Shown here piece by piece: positions 45,296-57,365 of a stretch of DNA of 64,000 bases. The notes beneath the pieces are model-generated. The model worked only from the letters and a program-made list of their open reading frames with translations, did no database searches and had not been told where the DNA came from. A program made the position numbers and the translations under genes. The stretch is taken from NCBI GenBank assembly GCA_963837375.1, contig CAWINL010000003.1, positions 12,808-76,807 of the forward strand, written 5' to 3'. How positions within the stretch are numbered: the first letter of the stretch is position 1; every line of letters starts with the position of its first letter. The DNA is from an uncultured Alphaproteobacteria bacterium (GTDB taxonomy: Bacteria; Pseudomonadota; Alphaproteobacteria; Rhizobiales; Beijerinckiaceae).

Positions 45296-48202
45296 CGATA
45301 GGCTCCTCCATGTCCCCAGAAGTAATCCGGGTCGATCCGTCGAGGACGGACGGGAAGGTCCTCCTCCCACCATCGCCTGAGCGCATCACGAGGCGGCTGG
45401 TGGGGTGCATCAGTGCGCGGACCCTCCAGCCATCCCTGCCCTGAACGGTAAGGGCCTGAACCGTATTCTCCATGATTGGGGTATTCGAAACCGTCGAACT
45501 CCTCATCGTCGCGCCACGGATTGGGTTGCGGCAAAGCATACGATTCCGCCTGCCCCACAAGTTGGAACTGCGTCTCCTTCAGTTGTCCGAACAGGCTCAG
45601 CCGGAAGTACTCCATGAACGCTCCTGCGCGACCATTCGTGACGCGGTCACCCGAATCAACATCGATAGGCAACGCAAGAAGCTGCCGCGCCGCCTGAGGG
45701 GAAGGCGGATTCAGCACGACTTTCGGTGCATGGTACGCCCAGGCAGACTCAAGGATCGATTGAAAAATGGGAACCGCAACTTTTGCCCCGGTCTGGCCAC
45801 GTCCAAGGGTCCGACGTTTGCCGTCGGCGTTGTCGTATCCTACCCAGACCGCCACCGTGACGTCGTTCGTAAAGCCGATGAACCACGCATCATTTTCGTT
45901 ATCTGACGTTCCTGTTTTACCCGCCACATAGGGTGCGAGCGTACGCAGAGAGCGGGCCGTCCCTCGCTCCAATACCCCCTGCAGCATCGTCCGGAGCTGA
46001 TAAAACGCGGCGCGATCAGCAGAGCCAATCGGGACAGAGGTTGTCGCCCGATGGCTATAAATCGCGCGTCCCCGCTCCTCGATCTTCTCAGTCGCAAAGG
46101 GAATGGGTAGGGCCCCCTCGTTAGCGATCCCGGCATAGAAGGCGGCAAGATCGAGAAGACGTACCGGCTGCGCACCGAGCACGAACGGATAGTGCGGTGC
46201 GCATTCAACATAAAGCTGCGCTTCAAGAGCAAGCTCGCAGACGCGCCTCAGACTTTGCTCCGGCGCTGCCTCGATGCCGCCGTCAAGCAGTCGCGCCGTG
46301 ACGCGGTTTTTCGAGGTCTCGAGCGCGCGCCGCAAAGTCATTATGCCGGACCCGGCTCCATCATAATTTTTGGGCGTCCAGTAATCCCGCGCGCGGGCAT
46401 TTACCTCGCCGCCGATTGGCGGCAGCGTGATCGGAGCGTCCCACACGAGGGTGTTCGGTTGGAGGCCTTTCGCCAGCGCGGCGAGATATGTGAGAGGCTT
46501 AAGGGCGGATCCTGGCTGCCGGTGCGCCTGCGTCGCACGGTTAAGCTGGCTCAGCGGATAGGAGAAGCCGCCGGCCATAGCCAGGATGCGACCGGTCCTG
46601 TTCTCCAAAACAACAGCCGCGCCTTGGACCTTTGGAGGCGTGCGCAGCTCCGCCCGTACCCCTGTCTTGCCTTTCTGGGTTGTGATCCGCACCCGCACTA
46701 CGTCATGGAGCTTGAGCTCGCGCCGAGCCGCGGCATCGGCCACGCTGAGCGGCAGGATCCGACCGTCGGCGAGCCCAACTTCGAAAAGGTTCACTCCGTT
46801 CTTTCTATCTCGGCCCTTTGCCACCACAATTGCCGGGGACCATTGCACGTCATAGAGCGGCAGGCGTGCCGCTTCCAAAGCGCGAAGCCATGTCGGAGCA
46901 GAGACAAGATCGGATTGAGCATCGAAGCCTTCGACCGCTTTTGCAAGGTTGATTTCCGCACCTTCAAATCGCTGCCGACCGGCGTTGAGCTCATACCGCG
47001 CGAGCCCCTCCTGGAGCGCTGCCTCAGTGCCCTGCTGCAAGGCTGGATTAATGGTGGAGTGGACGACATAGGAGGCGGTCGTGAGACTGTCTATCCCGGC
47101 GAGCGTCCGCGCCTCGCGGCTCAGATGATCGATAAAGTGGAATCCCGTAGTTCGCCGGTGAAGTTGAAAACCGACGGTCTGCGGCAACGATTCCAGCGCC
47201 TGCGCAGCCTGCTCGGAGGTTAGGACGCCGTCCTCGCGCATGCGGCTGACAACATACGCCACGCGCTCCTGCGCCCGATCAACATGAAGGTCCGGATTGT
47301 AATAGTTTGGGCCCTTCGCAAGCCCGGCGAGAAGCGCCCCCTCCGTAACGGTTAGCATCCTGGCGGTTTTGCCAAAATAGCTTGAAGCCGCCATTTCGAT
47401 GCCCCAAGAAGAGCGCCCGAGATAAATCGAGTTGAGATAAATCTCCAGAATCTCGCGTTTGCTGAGAGTTCGTTCGATACGCGAGGCAACGACCATCTCT
47501 CGCATCTTGCGGTCATAGGTCACATCGTTACCTACCAACAAGTTCTTGGCGACTTGCTGGGTGATGGTGGACCCCCCGGCTGGCCTGCCCGAGCGTGCCA
47601 GGTTTCCTACGAAGGCCCGTATCACACTGCGCTCATCGACGCCCTTATGCTGATAAAACCGTTTGTCTTCAGCCGCGACAAAGGCCTGCTGCACCGGCTC
47701 TGGGATCTCGGATAGTGTAATCCACATGCGCCGATGATCCGGCTCATAGACTTCCGCGAACCGCCCGCCCTGCTGATCGAGGATGACGCTTGCGCCCGGC
47801 AGTTTGAGGTCCTTCAGCGTGGTCGCATCAGGAAGATCAGCCAGCGCGGAATTATAGTATTCGATGACTTGGCCCAAGTTGACGGGCGAGGAATCGACCT
47901 GTTTGTTCTGGCAGAACTCACGATAACCCGCATGCAAGTCAGCGAAGCTGAGGCCCTGCAGTACCTTCATGTCACCGCTGACAGCTTGCGGGTCATCTAT
48001 CGCGGTGGCGATCAACTCGTCGAGATTGATGTCCTCTATGTCGAACGCGCGCCGCATGTGGGCGCAACCCTCCCTGAGTATCTGGGTCACTTCGCCTTTG
48101 TCATGCGCCGCGTCGAAGGATGTCCTGACAGAGTTCGGGCTGGACCAGGATCTGGCTCAACGTGAGAGCCGTTGCAAAAATCTTGACAATAATCACACTC
48201 AT
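45292..48202 (-). CDS. Class A penicillin-binding protein (PBP1A-like) with extended N-terminal domain (one frameshift near start)
   Basis: GT51 motifs EDKRFYQHKG, GGSTITQQ, RKMRE; transpeptidase SALK, SKN, KTGT. Confidence 0.9.
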
Positions 48203-48329
48203 TCGACCGCCATGATCCGATGGCCATTTCGAACAGGAGCTTGGACCTGAAAACCATTACTTATAAGGCAACTCGTCGACGCGTTTCTCTGCCTTGCATA
48301 GACCATGGAATGGAAGTCGTAGCACGAGG

Positions 48330-48780
48330 TTGCGGACACAGGGCGAGCTCTCGGCTAACGTCGCCGATCTTGGCTGTCTGCTCGAGCCACCCGCGGGGCG
48401 GTGGGACGGCTCTCCTCACCGTGGACTTTGCCAGTGAGGAGGAGGCACGGCGGTTCAAGCCACCGGCTTGGTTCGGGCCCGAGGTCAGCGACATAAATGG
48501 CCATAGCTCCGGCGCCTTCGCCTTGCATGGGTTACCCGAGACGCGCGAGATCACTGTGAGCAAGGCTGGTCTCGATAGCTTGCTTGATGCGCTCGAGACT
48601 TCTACCTCTCGAAAAGCAGCCAGGGCCCTGACGGCGCCCATCGAGATTCCAGCCCCTGCTCCGGAGCGCGAGCCGACCGTGGCCGAGGATCCTGAGATCA
48701 CCAAAATCGAGGATAACGTCATCCGAGAGCTCGCTCGCTTCAACCGCAGCGTCGGTGATCATCGCTTGGTGTCAAAAGGC
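48330..48780 (+). pseudogene. CYTH-like domain fragment
   Basis: LLTVDFASEEEARRFKPPAWFGPEVSD; no clear N-terminus. Confidence 0.45.
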
Positions 48781-49171
48781 TCTGGCAGGAGGCGGCACGA
48801 TCTTAACTACAGCCCTGCAGGGCGGACAGTAAAGATCTCGATCAGGAACGAGCCATCATGCGCGCAAGTTAGCTTGTCAGAAGGCTCGGCAAGCACGGCG
48901 CTTCACGCCGTTCGGGGAGATGCCGAAACGAGAGGCAATGACCTGCTCGCGGTATTCCTTCGCCAGTAGCGGGCATTCCACCGGACCCTTTCCCATCGCA
49001 GGCCGATACCCCAACCTCGATCTTGTCACCTGATTGCACGAAACCAGGCCTCCCTGCCAAGCTGACATCGTCATCGATTTATGAGACAGTTCTTCAGCGT
49101 TGGATCTCATGCCGATGGGTCTGGTTGAGCCAGGTCCCTTGGACCTTGCCGGCTGATCGGCAGGAGTCTCG

Positions 49172-51762
49172 ATGCGCCGTGACATGGAGGCGCAATTGCA
49201 GAAGGTCCCGCAACGGCTGCCATTCTATGCGGGCCTCGGCCTGATCACCGCAGCGACCCTGATGCTGCAGATCGTCGAAACCCGGATCATCTCCGTCACA
49301 TCCTGGTATCATCTCGCATTTTTCGTCATCAGCATCGCAATGTTCGGGCTCACTGCTGGAGCCGTCTGGGTCTACCTTCGCTCCGAGACCTATCCGGCCG
49401 GAGCTATTGTCCTATCATCTGAGTGTCGCGTCGCTCGGCTTCGCCCTCGCGACCGTCTTTGCGCTTCTCGTGCAACTGACCATCGTCACGAGCCTGCCCG
49501 CATCAGTCATGTCGCTCGTTGTCTGGGCCGAGTTCGCCGTCGCCCTTTCGCTGCCATTCTTCTTCTCCGGCATCGTCGTCAGCTTGGCGCTGACCCGGAG
49601 CCCCTATCCCGTCGGCATCGTCTATGGCGCGGACCTGCTCGGCGCAGCCTTGGGCTGTCTTGGCGCCCTGGTGCTGCTCAACCTTGTCAGCGGTCCATCG
49701 GCGGTGCTCTGGATTGCAGTCCTAGTCGCGGCCGGCGGGCTGTGCTTCGCCAGCGCGGGCCAGAACAATCCTCATGTCGGCGCTTTGCTGCCAAGCTCTT
49801 CCGGTACCGCAGCATCGTGATTGGCGGCTTGGTCGTCCTCGCCGCCGCTAACAGCGTCACGGAAAGCGTCCGGCCGACCATCGTCAAGGACAACGTCGAG
49901 CAGCCGGCGACGATCGCCTACGAGAAATGGAACTCGTTCTCCCGCATTACGATCGGTCAAAGCCAGAAAACGCCACCCGTGCTCTGGGGGCCATCCTCCC
50001 GGTTTACTCCGCACCAGATCGAGCAGCGCTGGATGCACATCGATGGCGGCGCCGGAACGGCGGTCTATCGCTTCTCTGGCGACCTGCGACGAGGTTGCCT
50101 TCCTCCGCTACGACGTGACCAACCTCGCTTATGCGATCCGCGGTCTTCAGACCGGTGCCGTGATCGGTGTCGGTGGCGGCCGGGACCTGTTGTCCGCTCG
50201 CCTGTTCGGCCTCTCGGAGGTGGTCGGAGTTGAGATCAACCCGATTTTCATCGATCTGCTGACCCAGCGCTTCTCGGACTACACCGCCATCGGCCGTCAG
50301 CCCGGCATCACCTTCGAGGTTGACGAAGCACGAAGCTGGTTTGCCCGCGCAACCCGCTCGTTCGACATCATCCAGATGAGCCTTGATCGATACCTGGGCC
50401 GCGACTGGAGCGGGCGCATTCACCTTGTCGGAGAACGGTCTCTACACCGTCGAGGCTTGGCGGATCTTCCTTGAGCGTCTGACACCCGAGGGCGTGTTTA
50501 CCGTAAGCCGCTGGTATGCGCCCGGCGAGGTCAACGAGACCGGCCGGATGGTGAGCCTTGCGGTCGCAACGCTTCAGAACCTCGGGGTGGCCGACCCGAA
50601 GCGGCACCTGTTCATGGGCTCATCGGGCAGCGTCGCGACCCTTGTGATGTCGCGCTCCCCCTTGTCGGACCAAGCCCTGGCCGCCCTTCGGGGGGCCGCG
50701 GCGGCTTACGATTTTTCCGTCCTGTTGGATCCACAGGGGCAGGCTGCCTCGCCGCTGCTCGAGAGCATCGTCTCGGCGCCCGATCGCAACACCCTCCAGC
50801 GGGCCACCGAGGCTTCCTATCTGGACCTGAGCCCGCCGACCGACGCTCGCCCGTTCTTCTTCAACCAGTTGCGGCTCGATCGCCTGTTCGATCAGGACCT
50901 CTTCGCGCTGGCGTCAAGGCCGGGCGTCTACGGAGGCAATCTGAGCGCAACCCTGACCCTGGCCATGCTGATCCTCATATCGGCGGTGCTCGTCGCAGCG
51001 ACGATCGTCATTCCGCTTCGATCGACAGTGAGCACAGCAGCGGTCACGCTGACGGTCGCCGGAACGGCCTATTTCGCACTGATCGGGATCGGCTTCATGA
51101 TGGCCGAGATCGCCCTGCTCCAGCGCATCAGCGTCTTCCTGGGCCACCCGGTCTATGCTCTCAGCGTCGTCCTCTTCAGCCTGATCCTGTCAACGGGCGT
51201 TGGCAGCTTGGCATCCGAGCGCGTCCCACTCGACAGCAGCCCCCGGCTGATTGGCTGGTCGGCGCTCACCAGCCTGTATCTCGTCGCCCTGCCTTCGTGG
51301 CTTCCCGAGATCCTGCTCGATCTGGAGAGCGCAAGCTTGCTGATCAGGGCCGGGTTGGCCGTTCTGGTTCTCGCTCCGGCCGGCTTCCTCATGGGCTTCG
51401 GTTTTCCGACCGGAATGCGGCTGGTCTCAATGATCGACGAGAGACCGACCCCCTGGTTCTGGGGCATCAATGGCGCGGCGGGTGTGCTCGCGGCAAGCGT
51501 CGCCGTGTTGACGAGCATCGAGTTTGGCATCGATACGACGCTTCGGCTCGGGGCGATCTGCTACCTGCTTCTGCCCGTGACCGGCTCTGCTTCTCGTCAG
51601 ATGTGTTCGGACTACGCGGAAGAGAAGCGCTCAGATGGGCAAAATAGAGTCGTCATTGTTCTGACGGGTCGAAGGCACTCCCATCGGCCCAACGTCATTG
51701 AACTCGGTGATGCGTCTCCAGCGCCAAAGCAGACGCATCCGTCTTCCGAGAGTGCGAAATAA
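49172..51762 (+). CDS. Polytopic membrane protein with a spermidine-synthase-like SAM-binding domain (frameshifted)
   Basis: TM blocks flanking WNSFSRI, IDGGAGT, IGVGGGRD, VEINP, ENGLYTVE, TDARPFF, WGING. Confidence 0.78.
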
Positions 51763-52402
51763 AATGCTCTTAAGGCCAGGATAGCGAAGATATCCGAGGT
51801 GTAAACCACATAGGTGTCTGTGGTTATGGCGAATGTTGCCGGGATCGAATCCACGGCAAGAATTGCGTCGGTGACCTCTATGAGGATGAGCGCTAGAAAC
51901 AGTGGCGTGAGGTAGAAAACCTTTGTTCCCGTCCTCGGATCCGGTAACCGGATGAAGAAACGCTCACCATGCAGATTATCGTTCACCCGGAAACGGTGCT
52001 GAAGAAGTCTCAATACCGGGTTTTTCAAGAGATCGGGTGGCTCACCCGCCCACCACAATATCTTCGCCCCGGTAACGATCAGAAAGATCGCACAATATAC
52101 ACGATCCAGTCAAATCGTGAAACGAGTGTTGTGCCGAAGCCGATCATTATGCCGCGAAGCACGATAACACCAATAATTCAGGTAAAGAGGACGCGGTGTT
52201 GATACTCTTGGGGGATGCCAAAATACGTGAGTATCAAAGCAATCACGAACATATTGTCAATTGCCAAGTTTTTCTCGACCACAAAACCCGTAATATACTC
52301 AATATCTGCTTGTTGGCCTAGATAAGACCAAAAAAATCCGCCAAAAATGATACCGAGCGTGATGTACATCGCGGAAAAGAGAAGACTTTCTTTCGCCGCC
52401 AT
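51745..52402 (-). pseudogene. TerC/Alx family remnant
   Basis: EKNLAIDNMFV, QHRVLF, TPLFLAL, AVDSIPA; truncated at both ends with internal breaks; visibly AT-richer. Confidence 0.7.
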
Positions 52403-52613
52403 TGTTCGGCTGGGTCGATGAGAAACGCCGTGTTGAGCACCACATATTTCTCAAAGCAGTCGAAGCGGTATCCGTATGCCTTTGTGCCCTCGTCGGTTCC
52501 GAGGACGCGCCGACCGAGAGCTCCGGTTCGGGAGCCTACGATGCAACCTGATAGGATTCCGCTCAAGTGGCGGCCGGCACGTCCGGTCGCCACTTTCCTC
52601 TTCGCGAAGCGCT

Positions 52614-53432
52614 TCAGGTTTCAGAAAAAACCGAGCGGGCTTCGGCCGAAGTCGCGGGTCGCATTCCGATCGCTCCCGACGCACTGACCACAGAACTCAC
52701 AAGCGCCGCATTGTCCGGCGCAACGGTGCCGTCGGGTAGGTGAAGATTATTCTCGAATCCGACCCGCGCGTGTCCACCCAACGCAGCCGCCGTGATGACG
52801 CATGCGGTTTCACGGCGCCCGAACGCGCAGGTCGCCCATGGCATCTCCAGGTTCCACACGCCGAGATACGGCAGTAGGTCGCTTGGATCGGATTGCTGCC
52901 CGGCCGTGTAACGTCCCAGCACGAAAAGCACGCTCGCGAGGTGGATCGGAATGATCCCCGCGGCAACAAGGCTTTGAAACCGCCGGACGTCAACCTGACT
53001 GTAAAGAATGTGCTGCACGAGGCAGTCGGAGGCAGCAAGGCGATGCAGGAAAGCGCTGGCCTCGGCCTCAGTACTCGGTTCGGGGATCAACTCGCGAAGC
53101 GCAACCGACACAGCCTCTGGACCCACCTCGTCGACGACCTTCATCTGCTGGGCCGGTGTGTATCGTCCCACCGCTTCGGTGGTGATCTGCACGATGGGAC
53201 CGGAGCCAGCCTGCGTGCGAATTTCCTGCGTGGCGGCGCGATAGGCATCCGCGTCCAGAATGTGGGTCCCGTCCGCGCCTCTCACATGAACGTGGATCAT
53301 CGCAGCGCCCGCGTCCACGCACCGCGCCGACTCACGACCGATCTCCGCGATGGTGAGTGGAATCCGAAGGTGGTCCTTCTTGAGGCGGCGCGCGCCGTTG
53401 GGAGCGGCCGTGACGATCACCGGCGGAGTCAC
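52614..53432 (-). CDS. Beta-keto acid cleavage enzyme family (BKACE/DUF849)
   Basis: AAPNGA, GAAMIHVHVR, GGHARVGFENN. Confidence 0.88.
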   Translation of the reverse strand: MTPPVIVTAAPNGARRLKKDHLRIPLTIAEIGRESARCVDAGAAMIHVHVRGADGTHILDADAYRAATQEIRTQAGSGPIVQITTEAVGRYTPAQQMKVVDEVGPEAVSVALRELIPEPSTEAEASAFLHRLAASDCLVQHILYSQVDVRRFQSLVAAGIIPIHLASVLFVLGRYTAGQQSDPSDLLPYLGVWNLEMPWATCAFGRRETACVITAAALGGHARVGFENNLHLPDGTVAPDNAALVSSVVSASGAIGMRPATSAEARSVFSET

Positions 53433-54344
53433 GATGCAGCCTCGTTCCTGAGGCGGAGGATCTCGACCAGCAGATGATCGCGCTGCGCTTCCAGATCCGC
53501 GATCGAGCGCCCCGCCGATTCAGCCTCGATGCCTGCAACGATGGCGCTTTTGACATCTTCGGTCAGGTTTGGGCTGCCAAGCGACGCCCAGCGTCGTTCC
53601 TGGCTCGGACCCAGATGCTCGAGGTAGTGCGCAATGCCGCCCTCCCCGCCCCCAAGATGGTAAGTCATATGCGGCCCCATGATCGACCAACGCAGCCCCG
53701 GTCCTTCGGAAATCGCCGCATCGATATCTTCGACGCTGGCGATCCCCTGCTCTACCAGATAGACCGCCTCGCGATAAAGCGCGGAGGAAAGCCGGTTGGC
53801 AATATGGCCCGGGACCTCCTTTTTGAGTATGACGGGCCTGCGGTTGAGCGAGCGATAGAATGCGCATGCTCGCGCGATGATCGCATCATCCTCGCCGACG
53901 ATTTCGACCAGCGGCAGAAGGTGCGGCGGGTTGAAAGGATGTGCCACGATGTGACGCTTCGCGATTTTTGCAATCCGCCACGATCCTGCTGCGCAGAAGC
54001 GCCGATGTGCTGATGCCGACAATCGCGTGGGGCGGGGCCGCGACGTCGATCCGGGCGAGAAGGCCGCGCTTGAACGCCTCATTTTCGGGAGCGTTTTCCT
54101 GAACGAAATCCGCATTCGCGACCGCTTCCTCGAGCGTGTCCACGAAGGTGAGGGTGCCGTTCTTCGCAAGTCCGAGAGCCGCCAGTTGAGGCGCCGCTCT
54201 CTCGTTAAAGGCTTTCAGTTTGCGCTCCGCATCGTGCCCCGGATCGGTCGCTTTCACAGCATAGCCACCGGCGAGAAAAAGGGCAGCCCAGCTCGCACCT
54301 ACTGTTCCGCAGCCGATGACGGCGACTGTCCTGATCGATTCCAT
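53429..54344 (-). CDS. 3-hydroxyacyl-CoA/carnitine dehydrogenase-like NAD-dependent enzyme (frameshifted)
   Basis: GCGTVGASW, QENAPE, HPFNPPHLLPLVE, GPGLRW. Confidence 0.85.
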
Positions 54345-54373
54345 GATCCGCGCTACCTTGTCAGAAGGGTAAG

Positions 54374-55753
54374 TCAGAATGAGCTACGAAGGGCTGTGCC
54401 GAGATCCTTGAGGGATCCCATCCCGGCCAATTTTTCGATCTCGGCGATGATGCCCGATGCCTTACCGGTGCCGAGGCCTGCGTCGAACAAGGCCACGGCT
54501 TTTTCCCGGCGCTCTTCCGTTGTCAGGGGATTGGCCACATCGCCACGGGGAATGCTGGCATCGGCCCGATGAACTGTTCCATCCTTCATCGTGACGGCGA
54601 CGCGGGCCGGTCGGCCTGCCGGATAGCCCTTATCCATTTCCGGATCATGCCGCACGCGAACACGTCCTGCGAGATCCCGGATTTCCCGTTTCGCAAGCGT
54701 CGCCTCGTTGATGCTCTTAGGCCCGAGCGGCCCATTGACGAGTGCGATAGCTACTGCATATGGAATGCTGAAGCGCGCCGAAAGATCGTTCGCCGGTTCG
54801 GCGATGTTGTAGTCGAGAGCGATCCCATAGCTTGCCACATCGACGGCTTCGATCGCGTCCGCGGCGATCGCGCCTCGTCCGATCAGCTCCAGCACCGCGT
54901 CGTTAATGCCGTTCAAGTGGGCGCAGGTCGGGTGCACCTTCATGTAGGCCTGCATCAGCTCATAGCTCTGCCACGTTCCACCCGGGTCGATCCCGGCCGA
55001 CAGTTGGTCAAGCCGAAAGTCTGCGCCGGCCCGAGGCCCGAAGAAATTCTCCAGCGTTCCCGACAGCGACGAGAGTCCGAACGTCGCAGCCTTGCCCGCC
55101 GTGATGCCGATCGATGCACCGAGGCCCACGTAAAGGTGGTGGACCGTCGCGCCCGCGATCGGCGTTTCGCGATAGGGGAAAAGCGTGACGGCCGCGGATC
55201 CCTCGATGGCCTCCGCGATGGTATCGGCGTTTGCGTCCGAAACCAGAAACGCGGTCGCGACCGCAGCGCCGATGGTGCCGAAGGTTCCAGTGTCGTGAAG
55301 AAGATCCTGCAGCCCGCCGAGCGCGCGCCCGACCCGTGCCGAAACCTCATAGCCCGCGACCACTGCCGACAAGAATGCCTCCGGCGACGCGTCCCGCTCC
55401 TCGGCAACCGCGAGGGCCGCCGGCAGGACATGGCTCATAGGATGGCCGCGTGCAACGCGATGGCCATCTTGGAGCTGCAGCACCGTGGTGGTCGCGCCGT
55501 TGAGAAGTGCCGCGGTGTTCGCCGAGGCTCCACCCGCATAACCGACGACCGTGCAGGGGCCAGCCTCACCTTTGAGCCTGCTCGCTGCCGGATGCAACGA
55601 GGTGTGCGCAGCACCGGCCGCCATCACCGCGAAGGTGTCGATGATAAAGTCCAGCGCCTGCCTTTTCACCTCGTCGGAAAGGTTTGCCCAACGGGTTCCG
55701 GCCGCTGCGACCCCAAGGCGACGAGCGGGCGTCGATGAAGCCTGTCCGATCAT
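54374..55753 (-). CDS. MmgE/PrpD family protein
   Basis: DGH...HP, VAGYEV, KVHPTCAH, FSIPY, PRGD. Confidence 0.85.
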   Translation of the reverse strand: MIGQASSTPARRLGVAAAGTRWANLSDEVKRQALDFIIDTFAVMAAGAAHTSLHPAASRLKGEAGPCTVVGYAGGASANTAALLNGATTTVLQLQDGHRVARGHPMSHVLPAALAVAEERDASPEAFLSAVVAGYEVSARVGRALGGLQDLLHDTGTFGTIGAAVATAFLVSDANADTIAEAIEGSAAVTLFPYRETPIAGATVHHLYVGLGASIGITAGKAATFGLSSLSGTLENFFGPRAGADFRLDQLSAGIDPGGTWQSYELMQAYMKVHPTCAHLNGINDAVLELIGRGAIAADAIEAVDVASYGIALDYNIAEPANDLSARFSIPYAVAIALVNGPLGPKSINEATLAKREIRDLAGRVRVRHDPEMDKGYPAGRPARVAVTMKDGTVHRADASIPRGDVANPLTTEERREKAVALFDAGLGTGKASGIIAEIEKLAGMGSLKDLGTALRSSF

Positions 55754-55792
55754 GACGTCTCCCCTCCCCGATGCCGGCGACTAGGCCGGACC

Positions 55793-56561
55793 CTAAACTT
55801 TCTCGGCACGGGCGCCGCCCGCCATCATGGCGTGAATGATATCGCGACTTGTCGGCCACAGGTTCTGGATAGGCAGCGCGACCTTGCTTGAGGCCGAGCG
55901 CCAGAAAAGTTTCAACGAGCTTGTAGGTAAGCGGACCGGGATTGATCACCGGAACGGGAAGCTCGCCCGCGAGAAATTCCGCCGCCTGATGCATGGTCGT
56001 CGACCCAAGGCAGATCACGTCTGCTCCATCCTCTTCGATGCAGCGTTGTGCGACAGCCAGCATGCGCGGAAAGACCTTGTCTTCCTTGCCGTCGAGCAGT
56101 GCGGAGAAATCCGGCGGCTGGTCGAAAGAGCGCACCGACGCACACTGCTTCTCGAAGCCGTATTCGCGGATCGCCTTCTTGTAGCGCGGCAAGGCGGGCT
56201 CCCACTGAGCCAGGATCGAGAACTTCGAACCCAGTGTGAGCGCGTAGAGCATCGATGCCTTGCCGGGCGAGATCACCGGAATGTTCAGGACGGACCGCAA
56301 CGGCGCCATGCCGGAATCGCTCATGGTGTCGATGCAGACCGCGTCGTATCCGTCCTTTTCCGCGCTCATCCCCGCCTCGAAGATCGCAAGATCCATCAAC
56401 GTCCAGTCATGGGGGCTCATGAACGACGTGGGACCTGCGGTTACGGGCCGATAGGTCAGCTCCGTGTCCGCATCGAGCTGCACGTATTTCTGCTGTTTCT
56501 CCCGATTGGCCACGCCCTCGGCATCGAGAGCGAAAGGAACGATCACCAAAATCTTCGCCAT
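55793..56561 (-). CDS. Asp/Glu/hydantoin racemase-fold protein 2
   Basis: DAVCIDTMSDSG, PVISPG, LGSTTM, PVINPG; frameshift at C-terminus. Confidence 0.8.
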
Positions 56562-56564
56562 GGC

Positions 56565-57335
56565 TCAAACTCCCTTTGCGGCGGCGGCGCCCGCTTCGCC
56601 GATGGCGCGAATCATGTCGGTCTTGGGCACCAGCGGTGCCGGATAAGTCGCGCGGCTGTGGGTGAGGTTGAGCTTCAGGGCGGTCTCGGCAAGCCGATAG
56701 GTCAGCGGTCCTGGATTGATGACCGGCACATCGAGGCGCTCGGCGAGATAGGCGTGCGCCTGATGCATGGTGGTGGAGCCGAGAATGATGACCTCCGCCC
56801 CGTCCTCGTCGATGCAACGTCGCGCCGCCTCGAGGAGCTTTGGAAAGACGTCCTCCTCCTTGCCGGCCAGCAGGTTCTTGTTGTCGGGACGCACGCCGAT
56901 GGAACGGATCGAGGCGCATTTTTCCCGCAGGCCCAGTTCCCCAAGCGTTTTGGCGTAAAGAGGCTTCCAGCGGTCCCACATAACGAGGATCGAGAATTTT
57001 TCGCCAAGCATCAATGCGGTCAACATGGCATGGCGGCCCGGCCCGATCACCGGAATGTTCAGCACCGAGCGCAAAGCCGACATGCCGGAATCGCTCATGG
57101 TGTCGATGCAAACCGCATCGTACCCATCCCTCTCCGCATCCAATCCCGCATCGAGGATCGAGAAATCCGCCAGGGTGAAATCATGCTGGCTGGTGTAGTT
57201 CGCAGGCCCGACGCGAACCGGCCGGAAGTGGAACTCCATATCGGCTCCGAGCTTTACGGCCTCCAGCTGATCCTTGCGTCGACCAAGCTCGTCTTCGCTC
57301 ATGGCGAAGGGAACAATTACCAGAACCCGTTTCAT
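56565..57335 (-). CDS. Asp/Glu/hydantoin racemase-fold protein 1
   Basis: DAVCIDTMSDSG, PVIGPG, LGSTTM, PVINPG. Confidence 0.8.
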   Translation of the reverse strand: MKRVLVIVPFAMSEDELGRRKDQLEAVKLGADMEFHFRPVRVGPANYTSQHDFTLADFSILDAGLDAERDGYDAVCIDTMSDSGMSALRSVLNIPVIGPGRHAMLTALMLGEKFSILVMWDRWKPLYAKTLGELGLREKCASIRSIGVRPDNKNLLAGKEEDVFPKLLEAARRCIDEDGAEVIILGSTTMHQAHAYLAERLDVPVINPGPLTYRLAETALKLNLTHSRATYPAPLVPKTDMIRAIGEAGAAAAKGV

Positions 57336-57365
57336 CTCGTCCTCCCAAATCTCGTTATGTGTCTG

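Noticed and set aside
57129-57138. CCCTCTCCGC match to the tRNA-Ser 3' end as a possible attR
   Set aside because: A 10-bp match inside an intact coding sequence; expected by chance.
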